From Scyliorhinus canicula (taxonomy: Eukaryota): DNA of 64,000 nt. Shown here piece by piece: positions 25,301 to 37,300 of the stretch. The DNA lies in the NCBI RefSeq assembly GCF_902713615.1, contig NC_052171.1, positions 19,193,952-19,257,951 of the forward strand, given 5' to 3'. The first letter of the stretch is position 1; each line of letters opens with the position of its first letter. The translations under genes were made by a program, and so were the position numbers. Below the pieces are notes generated by a model. It did not search any database and was not told the DNA's origin. It saw nothing but the letters and a program-made list of their open reading frames with translations.

Positions 25301-28300
25301 GACCCAGCTACCCCTCGAATACACAGAGAAAATTCACCTCAACCACTTCCTGTGGTAGCCAGTCCCCCATTCTCACCACCCTCTGGGGGAAAGAAATTCT
25401 TCCGAGTTTCCCGACGTTCTTAACACAATCACCCGACTCTGACCCACAACTCGGGTTGAAAGTGAGGGCAGAATTGGGCTTGGAACCACCCCCTGCCCTG
25501 CGCAGGCAGCTAGCTGATATTACGCAGTTTGGAAAATCGGCCGCTTAGGTGGGGTATCTGTGACGCTCCCAACGAGGAGCAACAGCTTCAGAGAAGGGGA
25601 GCAGAAAGGGTAGATTTTGAAGAGAAGTCCTCTTTACCTGTGGGACTGGCCAGATTGACAACAATAGTATTGCTCAGCTCTGCACTATCCTGTGGGGCCT
25701 CACTTCACATCCAAATTCATTTTGCTGCAACTGTTCAGGGGAAAAGGATCGTGCAGTGGCCCTCTGTCCCCTTCAATATTAACCTGTGACCCTCTGTCCC
25801 CTTCAATATTAACCCGTGATCCTCTGTCCCCTTCAATATTAACCTGTGGCTCTCTGTCCCCTTCAATATTAACCCGTGATCCTCTGTCCTCTTCAATATT
25901 AACCTGTGATCCTCTGTCCCCTTCAATGTTAACCTGTGGCCCTCTGTCCCCTTCAATATTAACCTGTGGCCCTCTGTCCCCTTCAATATTAACCTGTGGC
26001 TCTCTGTCCCCTTCAATATTAACCTGTGACCCTCTGTCCCCTTCAATATTAACCTGTGACCCTCTGTCCCATTCAATGTTAACCTGTGATCCTCTGTCCC
26101 CTTCAATATTAACCTGTGGCCCTCTGTCCCCTTCAATATTAACCTGTGGCCCTCTGTCCCCTTCAATGTTAACCTGTGGCCCTCTGTCCCCTTCAATATT
26201 AACCTGTGTCCCTCTGTCCCCTTCAATGTTAACATGTGACCCTCTGTCCCCTTCAATGTTAACCTGTGTCCCTCTGTCCCCTTCAATGTTAACCTGTGGC
26301 CCTCTGTCCCCTTCAATATTAACCTGTGTCCCTCTGTCCCCTTCAATGTTAACCTGTGGCCCTCTGTCCCCTTCAATATTAACCTGTGATCCTCTGTCCC
26401 CTTCAATATTAACCTGTGATCCTCTGTCCCCTTCAATATTAACCTGTGGCCCTCTGTCCCCTTCAATGTTAACCTGTGGCCCTCTGTCCCCTTCAATATT
26501 AACCTGTGACCCTCTGTCCCCTTCAATATTAACCTGTCCCATTACACAGTCATCCGACTCAAGGGTTGAAACAAGCTCAAAACACAGCTTGCAACCCCAA
26601 GGTGTTTGTGTAGCCCAAGGGAGGATGAGCAGTGGATTTGTCAGTCAGTGTTTTCTGTAGGGGCAGCACGTTCCTCAAGTTGGTATCGGGATGAACAGAT
26701 TTAATGCATTCCCGATGGCAGTTCACTCCAGTAAAAGGGATGTGCACATCACAAGATTTTCCCCAGTTGGAATAATCCATCATTGATTTCACACAATCAA
26801 AGCGTGCAGGGACAAAACAAGGTTAGAAATATTGGAGAGAGTCAGCCAGCATGTGAAGGAGAGTTTAATCCACCAAATGGACACCGCGCATTAAAACAAA
26901 TGTTATTGTCTCTATTTCCGTTCAAACACCCAGTGGAACTTGTGTGACAGTAACGACAGCCCAGGATCTGACCGGCTAGGGATACAGCCTGAGATAAAGG
27001 GATCAAAAATGGAAACAAGAGGCTGACTGCAGACCACAACCACCCCGATCAATGGTCAGATTGTCTGCATTATTTCTTCTTCTGAAGCTGATCAAATGTA
27101 AAATCTGCTGTGTGACGCAGTGTATGTGAAGTCTAATCTCTCAGTGTCTTGTCTACATTGTGTACTTCCTTCCTGTCATGCTCAATGCATCAAAATATGT
27201 ATTTGATGTATTCAGGGCGGCACAGTGGTCAGCACCAATGCCCCACAGGGCCAGGGACCCGGATTCAATTCTGGCCTTGGGTCACTGTCTGTGCGGAGTC
27301 TGCACGTTGTCCCCGTGTGTGCGTGGGTTTCCTCCGGGTGCTCCGCTTTCCTCCCACAGTCCAATGATGTGCAGGTCAGGTGGAATGGCCATGATAAATT
27401 AACCCTTCGTGTACAAAGATTAGATGGGGGTACTGGAATGGGGTGGGGGGGGGGGGGGGGGGGGGGGGAGTGGCCCTAGGTGGGGCTCTTTCAGAGAGTC
27501 GGTGCAGACTCGATGGGCCGAATGGCCTCCTTCTGCACTGCAGGGATTTTATGTTCAATTGTAAAGTTTCAGAGATATTGTTTAGCACCAAACGCTGTGG
27601 AGATTGAGAAGGTTGGTGAATTGCTGCACACTCACGCAGCGACGATATGGTCCATCCAGTGTTACGTTCACAGATTGACACATTACCTGCCAGGTAAAGA
27701 GCAAAGGAAATGAAGCGATGGTATTTGCTCAGGATCCGTAAGGGCTCCTCTCTCTGCACCAGTGCGAAGAACGTGTCTGTTACCGTCTCCCCATAGAAGA
27801 AGTAATTGGCACACAGCAAGAAGTACCTGAAAATGAAAAACATTCATCTCAAAACTCTTCGAGCAGGGAAAATGAAATGTTCACGTCAATACTTTTCATC
27901 CAGCTCCTGCACTTTGTTTCCCGATCTGGGAAAATTACAACCGTTACCTCCTCAAACCCGTTTTCAAATCCTTCCCCACCCTCCTCCCTAAACAACTCCG
28001 ATCGGCCTAATCTCCTGCAGCTGTCCTACTCTCCAGGAGATCTGCGTTCCTCCAACTCTGGCCTCTCCCAAATCCCCAATTCCGCAGTGGTGGCTGTGTC
28101 TTCAGTGGCCGAGACTCCCAAGCTCGGAAAATCCCTCTCTAAACCTCCGCACCACCCTCTCTTGCTCTGAGAGACAGGCAGATGTGGGAGGAAACCGTCT
28201 GCGTGGGTTTCCTCCCACAGTCCAGGGATGTGCAGGATAGGTGGATTGGCCGTGCTAAATTGTCCCTCAGTGTCCAGGGATGTGCAAGTTTGGTTTACGG

Positions 28301-31300
28301 GGATAGGGCGGGGGAGCGGACCCCTCTTTCAGAGGGCTGCTGCATACGCGATGGGTCAAATGGCCTCCTTCTAGGGCAGCACGGTAGCATGGTGGTTAGC
28401 ATAAATGCTTCACAGCTCCAGGGTCCCATGTTCGGTTCCCGGCTGGGTCACTGTCTGTGTGGAGTCTGCGCGTCCTCCCCGTGTGTGCGTGGGTTTCCTC
28501 CGGGTGCTCCGGTTTCCTCCCACAGTCCAAAGATGTGCGGGTTAGGTGGATTGGCCATGCTAAATTGCCCGTAGTGTCCTAAAAGTAAGGTTAAGGGGGT
28601 GAGTTGTTGGGTTACGGGTATAGGGTGGATACGTGGGTTTGAGTAGAGTGATCATTGCTCGGCACAACATCGAGGGCCGAAGGGCCTGTTCTGTGCTGTA
28701 CTGTTCTATGTTCTGACCCGCAGGTATTCTATGTCTCGGAAAACGACGAAACAGCCCGCTGAGGTGGGGGGGGCAGAGACAGAAAACACAGGAGGGCTGA
28801 ATTTGGAGAGACTGGGAAATCCTGGCGATGGGAGAGAATTTCCCCTGTGACGTGCGGCCTCCCGTCAACACAGTGTTCACGGCGAATGGAAATGAATGGG
28901 TGGACACATCGTAAACACAGTCCCAGCTCTGTCCAGGGGACCAGATCAGGACTCTCTCCTCAGGTTTAAACACCAATGTGATATTTCTACTCCCACTACT
29001 CTCGAGTTTAGGAGAATGAGAGGTGAACTCACCGAAAGGCGAACTCCGAGAGGAATTCGCCCCCCCCCCCCACAGCAGGTAATACCCACTGCGTCACTAA
29101 ATAAATTGGAGGTTGAGTTACAGATTTTTGATTGACGAGGGAGGAGAAATGTGGAGTTAAAGCCATGATCAGGTCAGCCATGATCTTATGGAGTGACAGA
29201 ACGGGTTAGAGGGACTGAATGGCCTCCCCTTTCTCTTCTTTTTTTTTAAAATTTAGATTACCCAATTATTTTTTCCAATTAAGGGGCAATTTAGCGCGGC
29301 CAATCCACCTACTCTGCACATTTTTGGGTTGTGGGGGCGAAACCCACGCAGACACGGGGAGAATGTGCAAACTCCATATGGACAGTGACCCAGAGCCGGG
29401 ATCGAACCTGGGACCTCAGCGCCGTGAGGCGGTTGTGCTAACCACTAGGCCACCGTGCTGCCCTTGGCCTCCCCTTTCTTATGTCCTCCCGGTTAATCGG
29501 CTGCTGCAGATTCTGCACGTTCTTCACTGGGTCAGGCTGGGGGCTGAATGTTTGAACGTAATCTCCCAGCCTGGGCGTGGTGTCCTCGGTTTCCTGAGAA
29601 CAAGTGACGTGGTTGGGAGGCGGCGCTGGGGTGGAATACCAAGCCCAAAGGGACTGAATGCATTCCTATTCTAATTTTGTGACGCTGGGAGGGGGGTTTG
29701 ATTTTACAGTCAGGCTTTCCAACTGCACTTTTCTTCCCGTGTCTGTGCTCAAACGTCTGTCGTGTGCTCACCAGCTCAGGGTCCGGAACCATGGCAGATG
29801 GTAGGAATGGTAAACGCTGTATCCAATGAGAATAATTTCGTGAAAGCATTTGATCTGAACACCCATAACCTAGGAGCGGAAAGAGAAAAACAACAAATTG
29901 ATGATCTGCGCTTTGTAATTCCGTGTCCAATCCTGATGGCTACTGCATTTGAGCGTCGAAATTCAGCGCAACAGTGGGTATATTTTGAATGAGATAGACG
30001 TCTGGAGATCTCTTGGGTACAGGGAGATACTTTGGTGACAACGGTGTTGTGAAGACTTCCCACAGCATCCTTGAATTCCATTGTATTAATATTTTACCCA
30101 GTCGTGGGATCATTTTAAATCCCAATTCAAGGAGTGCACAGGATCACTGACTGAACTCTGGGTTTAGAAGCTTGGAAATGGCATTGTGTGCTATCAACGT
30201 GTCCCAGCTTCCTGCAGATCAAACCCTTCTGTCCACGACTTTCATGGCGACAGTAACTCATTAATAATACCAGAGCGAACTACCTCAAAACCGCGCCCCA
30301 AGTAAGCGACACCACTGCATTTTAACAACGGCACAGCGCTGTTCCCAGCTGAATTTTCTTCCTTGCATTTTACTCGAGGCACAAAGCACTGTGTAGATGT
30401 CAGACTGCCAAGTCCAATCACTGCCACACAGTGCTGCCTGGTGTTTGTGTACATTTGCTGCTGACTTATTGAGGACTGGATGGTTTTACCATGACTTCAT
30501 TGTTTACCGACTGTCCTTGTACCAATATTTTTCTTTCAAACAAAAATCTGATAAAGTTTGATCCAGGACATAGATTTTTTTTTAATTTAAATTATGGAAG
30601 TACACATTTGTGGGGTTCCAGTACTTTGACACAGTATTTTTTTTACTCGGAAACAGATTTTGGAAAAGCATGTGTTGTGGGAACAGCTGTTTGCAGGATT
30701 TTATTATTTGCGTGGGAATCTTCACTCCCTTCCCACTTCACTGACTCCATCCTGGCCCAAAATATCTAGCTCCATTATAAGGGCCTCACGGTAGCATGGT
30801 GGTTAGCATCAATGCTTCACAGCTCCAGGGTCCCAGGTTCGATTCCCGGCTGGGTCACTGTCTGTGCGGAGTCTGCACGTCCTCCCCGTGTGTGCGTGGG
30901 TTTCCTCCGGGTGCTCCGGTTTCCTCCCACAGTCCAAAGATGTGCGGGTTAGGTGGATTGGCCATGCTAAATTGCCCGTAGTGTAAGGTTAATGGGGGGA
31001 TTGTTGGGTTATGGGTATACGGGTTACGTGGGTTTAAGTGGGGTGATCATTGTTCGGCACAACATCAAGGGCCAAAGGGCCTGTTCTGTGCTGTACTGTT
31101 CTATGTTCTATAACCTTGCAGTAAAGGCCTTTGCACTTCTGCATACCCAATGGCCTAGAATTTAAACACACTGCCTGTGTTAAAGCCGACGTGTTGCCCT
31201 GATATGTCCCAATCACACATGGTGCATGTGGGCTGGTGAGGGACAGACACAAGTCAGGATTTCTGCTCCTGGACATTATTCAGTGAGTCACGATTGTGTC

Positions 31301-34300
31301 CGCGTCTACGGGAACACGCCCAGTGGGTCAGAGCGGCTCAAATGTGATTCTTTCCGCAGTCAAAGCCCCGAGCTTTTGTTCAGGGGCCTGCCTGTCGGGT
31401 CCCGGCGTTCAGAGTTTACCGCCAATGCCAACACACTGTCAGGGTGACAGTGCTTGTTTGGAAGTACCATCACCAGCCAGTCTTCTCGTTCACAAACACA
31501 GAAAATGCTCAGCAGATCTGACAGCCCCTGTGGAGAGAGGGCGGAGCCAACGTTTCGAGTCTGGGTGACTCTTCGTCAGAATCAGGCGAGGCCCTTCCAG
31601 CATTTTCTCTTTCCGATCTGACGAAGAATCATCCAGACTCGAAACGTTAGCTCCGTCCTCTCTCTCTCTCTCTCTCTCCACAGGTGCTGTCAGACCCGCT
31701 GAGACTTTTGTTCAGCGTTTCCAGTTTTTGTTTTAGATTCCAGCATCTGTCCCATCTTCCACTTGGACGTGAAGGATTCCCAGGCACTATTCAAAGAGCT
31801 ATGTCGGGAGTGATTGCCTGAAAACATGTGGTCACTTTACAACAGCGGCCGCACTTCGATCATAGCTCATTGACTGCCCAGTGATGTGTGGAGTCCTGAG
31901 AGACAGATCGAAATGAAAGTATTATTTGGGGGTGCAAATGGCAAACGAGGTTCAAGGCACCAAAGCATTTCTGTAAATCGCCAATAGGGAGGTTGGGGAA
32001 TAAACAGCAACAAGCGGGTGCTCCCGAGACTAAACATAACTCCAAGCAATCGGGTTTCATTGAGAAAGAGCACAAAGCGGGGAGAATAAAGTACAGGGTC
32101 ACGTACTATCATCATTAGAACCATGGGGCCTAGATAGATGATGAGGAAGAAGAAACTGATCATGGCCAACGTGAGGATTCCGCGAACCCACCAGTTCTTC
32201 CATCTGTCAACAGAGAGAGAAAAATTAGCTTTACAATGGCAAAATCACAGGCGCTCACTTCTCTTCCCTTTATCGCCACGAGATTCCCCCCTACCCACCG
32301 TAATATCAGCTTGGCTCAAGGGAAAGCACTCTTCCCTCCTCACAAGCCCATGGGTTGCACAGTCTGATGCCACCACCAGTGTCTGCCCCCATCCCCCCCA
32401 GTCCCTTCCAGACTCCGGTGTGTCCACAATGCAGGTGCTTGCTGCACTGGCGGCTGTTTAACACCTCCTGAATGGGACCGGTACCCAATTCCATACGGGC
32501 AAACTACCCCGAGGTTTAACAGGTCGCACTGGGAGCAAATAAAACACTCGGCTTTGTTTCTGGAGGTATAGGATTGCAAAAGAGGACAAGTGGGGCAGCA
32601 CGGTAGCATAGGTGGCTAGCACTGTGGCCTGACAGCGCCAGGGTCCCAGGTTCGATTCCCCGCTGGGTCACTGTCTGTGCGGAGTCTGCACGTCCTCCCC
32701 GTGTGTGCGTGGGTTTCCTCCGGGTGCTCCGGTTTCCTCCCACAGTCCAAAGATGTGCGGGTTAGGTGGACTGGCCATGATAAATTGCCCTTGTGTGTCC
32801 AAAATCGGTTAAGAGGGTTTATTGGGTTATGGGGATAGGGTGGCAGTGAGGGCTGAAGAAGGTTGGTGCAGACTCGATGGGCCTAATGCCCTCCTTCTGC
32901 ACTCTATGTTCTAACTTAAACTTGTTCTGAACGTCGGTTAGGCCACGTTCGGGGCACAGCGCAATAATATGGTCACCAAATCATATTGAGGACAGAGAGA
33001 CGACACAGGCAGAGCAAGATGCAAAATCGTATTGGAGTTATGGTCTCTGGAAGATCTGAAGGGGTCTAGATGGGGTGGATGTGGAGAGGACAAAAAGTAG
33101 AGGCCATTAAAACAAGATAATCGAGTCGGAATGGAGCAGAAACTTCCTTTAGCCAGATAGTGATTAGAATGTGGAATTCACTTTTGCACAGATGCATTTC
33201 AGTGGAAACTTGATAAAGATGAGGCAGGAAGGAATTATCTTGATAGGGTTTGCTAAAGTTGGGCAGGAGGAGAATTGTGTGTGCAACAGAAACCATGCAC
33301 CAGCTCGTCTGGATCGGTTGTACGTCGTAGCTCATTCAACTGAAGTAAACTCTCCCAGGTTGACCCGAAAGATTGCCCAGCACGATTTAAATAAGAATGA
33401 GGGAGCTTTCCCACTGCCTTAACACAGACACCGGGATGGGGAGGAGGCTGAAATTCCACTTGCTGGGATCCTGTCTGTGTACCCTTAATGAACTTGTTAT
33501 CCCTGTTCATTTTTGTTGAAATAACGCACACAGTTTTCCGATCAGAGTTTATTATCAATCACTGCATCCCCAAATAGAATCTCCTTTGAAACAAAAGCGG
33601 CTTTCCCTCCCAGCCTGCACAAGAGTCCGACCCTCCCCGCCCCAGTGCCTCACGTGGCCAGGCCAAAGTGTGCAGACAACCACTGCCTGGACCCCAGACA
33701 GGTTTATCAAGTGTCGCGGCCATGCAGAGTGTGAGACTGTACATTAAAAAGGGAAATTAGGAATGCAGTGTGTGTGCAGGAGGGTGCACTCGCTGGGAGC
33801 TCTGTCAAAGGCTGAACGGTTCCCTCTGTGCGCCATTTGATTTATGAAAAGCACTGTAGTTTGCAGAAGTTCGCCACTCAATCTTTGGCCTGTCAAATGG
33901 CAGGGTAATTCCAAATTCACTGGACGAAAACGCCACGCTACTCCCATTTTACACTTGGCCTAGTATTACTCAGTGGTTAGAATGCAAAGTAACCCTTTTC
34001 CATCTTCCTAAAATAAGTGCTGCGTCCGATCTGGTCAGATGAGTCGGTGAATCGTATTCCCCCCGCACCAACTCCAGATTGTTTCGAGTTCGATACAAAA
34101 CAGAGTGTCAGCAACCGACGGCCATGTGCCCCACACCCCGAGTCAGGATGGAAATAGTTTCACTGCTGGGACTACTGCACCTTGAAGAAAGGCCTGAGAG
34201 AGCCTTGTTCAGCACCTCGGGAGTATTATCCACAGAAGCAGGTTCCAGATTTCCAGAGTCGTGTTTCGCCTCGTTTCCAGACGTTGTCGGCTCCGATTCC

Positions 34301-37300
34301 TGCGCACAAACCAAATAAAAGCAATGTGGGTTAATTAAAAAGCTGAATCGCTCGGAGTCAGGTCGCACGGGACAGAACAAGGTGAATGTTTCTGCTGACG
34401 GGCGCCCCACTCACGTTTACTCTCTGATGCTCATAACACTGCTGGGCTTTTTCATTCATATCCAAGTGGTTGTTAATGTATGAAATGTACAGTGGTTCTC
34501 TTTATGAAGACTGCCAGTTATCAAGGGACCAGTCTCACTGGGAGCGTGACTTGTCTGTCAAAATGCAAGTTTACCTCTTGACCACGGGCAGCTTCCAAGA
34601 AGATCCCACAGCTGACAGATACAAATGAAGTTTGTTGGTCTGATCTGGTTGAAGGTGCGTTGGCTGGAGTGTATGGAAAACTAATCCTCGGCACCAGGGA
34701 CCGAGGTACAGGGGAAAAAGAATCTGTGCATGGCCATGAATAGACATTCCACATCCTGAGGGGTATTGACAGAGTGGATGTGGAGAGGATGCGACCTGTT
34801 GTGGGAGAATCTAGAATTTGGGTAGGGGGAGAATGTCACTGTTTAAAAATAAGTGATCGCCCATTTAAGATGAAATGCAGAGAATTTTTGTTCTGCCTGG
34901 GGGGGGGGCGAGTGAGTCTTTTAAACACTCTTCCTCAGAAGACAGTGAATATTTTTAAGGCAGAGGTAGATGGATGATCCAGGGGGTGAACGTTTATCGG
35001 GGATAGGTTACAATCAGACATGATCGTATTGAATGGCGGGGCACGCTCGAGGGGCCGAGTGGTCTGATCCCTGCTCCTACTTCGCATGTTCATATCTGAA
35101 GGGATAACAGACAACAGGTTGACTTCAAGCAGCCGTTAGAGGGCAGCTCGAACACGTGAACATTCAAGATGGCTGTACTTTAAACAAAGGGAAGTCACAG
35201 AAAGTCAACATTTCAAACGGGTGCGGAACTTCAGCGGAGACTAAATTCGCAACACACACTGACAAGGGTCGCATCAAGCTGGTCAACTTGTCTGTTTGGG
35301 GCTGCTGAGGCAGGACGTGGCTCTCAACTGTACATCAGCAGCCGCGCAGTAAAATAAACCTGTGTTCTCTTGCAACATTTGAAGTTGAAATGACCTCCGG
35401 TTCTGAAGGGAAACAGTAGTTTGTGGTCTAACAGCGTGTGTGTGGGAGAACTGTGAGTCAGGAGGGGCGGGTACTGAGCTGCCAAGTGAAGAGGCAGGCG
35501 AGTTCCTGAGCAGCTTCACATTGTATACCACCACTGCCAACTATCAGGATTCAGCCGAGGAAGGAGCAGTGCTCCGAAAGCTAGTGATTTGAAACAAACC
35601 TAGAACATAGAACAGTACAGCACAGAACAGGCCCTTCGGCCCTCGATGTTGTGCCGAGCAATGATCGCCCTACTCAAACCCACGTATCCACCCTATACCC
35701 GTAACCCAACAACCCCCCCCCCCCCCCCCAACCTTACTTTTTTAGGACACTACGGGCAATTTAGCATGGCCAATCCACCTAACCCGCACATCTTTGGACT
35801 GTGGGAGGAAACCGGAGCACCCGGAGGAAACCCACGCACACACGGGGAGGACGTGCAGACTCCGCACAGACAGTGACCCAGCTGGGAACCGAACCTGGGA
35901 CCCTGGAGCTGTGAAGCATTTATGCTAACCACCATGCTACCGTGTTGCCCCTAACCTGTTGGGCTTTAACCTGGTGTTGCCAGACTTCTGACTGTGCTCA
36001 ACGCCGGCATCTCCACATCACGGCCAACTATCCATTCAGGAGGAGCTTGACGTTCCCTGCATTGCGCACTCCCTGCATTGCGCACTCCCTGCATTGCGCA
36101 CTCCCTGCATTGCGCACTCCCTGCATTGCGCACCAGCCTGCTGTTCCTGCCTCCTGCACTGATCTCGCGCCTGCCCAGATCGGTAACAATTACCTGACTT
36201 GTATTCTGACTGGGACGAGGCCAAGAACTGACAAGACCCAACAACCACCGGTGAAATCAGTTGAGGAAGGGATACAGATCGCCCTTGCCGCAGGAGATAA
36301 GGCAACAGATTCAGGCTGGGCATGCCATCTCGCCAATAGCATTGTGACCTGAGCGCTGTGTGTCCACGGTCAGCGTCAGTCAACAGGCGGTTTGGAATGG
36401 TGGACAGTGTCACAGCCAAGATTGGGTTTTCCTCATCCAAAGTCCAGACAGTGACACTCTCCAACAAGGGGCATTGAGCATGAAGTGAACCTCTGGCAGC
36501 CAGTCCCTGGGGCACAATGACCTGTCGCGTGTGCCTGTCAGTCACGGCTGTCATGCGGACAACACGGGTATTTCAGAAGTTTGTGACAAGGCAGGGAAAC
36601 CTCTGCGGTGACCTCCCCGTGCCTCTCAACTGTGTCCAGTGCCAGTTAGCGATCGCAGTGCCGACCCAACACATTTCCGTCGGGGGCTTATGAAAGATTC
36701 CCGAAGAAACGAGGCACCACAGAAATTCAGGGGACAACACATGGATATTCAAAATGAACCCGCGAGTGTGGAGAGGTCAGTGCTTCAGCTTTGGAACTGA
36801 CGAAGCCTCACAACCTCTCTCTCTCTCTCCTCCCGAAAGCTCTCACAAAGCTGCCGCAATCAGCGGACCCTCCCGGATAACGCCCCATGGCTCCCTGCCA
36901 GATTGGGGTGTTTTAGCACCTCAGGGGGGGCTAACTCAGGAGAAAGTGATGTTTCTCCTCTGCCTCCCAACCAGCGTTTCCGCTGCCTGCTTGGCAATTC
37001 CACACAAGCCGGCTGAATCCCAGCAACGTCAGGTGGCAGTAGATCACGGCTGGGCAGTGTCCGGCCTCACGCTGTACTGCCGACAGCGAGACTGCTCAAT
37101 CCCCAAACGGAAGAGGACGCAAGCTTTTCTGGTCAACTTCAAGCAACAACATGAGGGCCAACATGATTTGGTGCGTATTCTGAATACTGTTCCCCTGTTG
37201 TTTCAGAGAAAAAGATGAGGAAAGTAAATCATGCATGGGGAGAAAGCAGATGATAATTACGCAAAACACTCGGTCAGATAATTCAGTCAGAAATTGAGCC

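Noticed and set aside
30796-30981. Recurrent 61-aa [19 protein letters not shown]... as a multigene family
   Set aside because: Incidental frame within the V-SINE consensus
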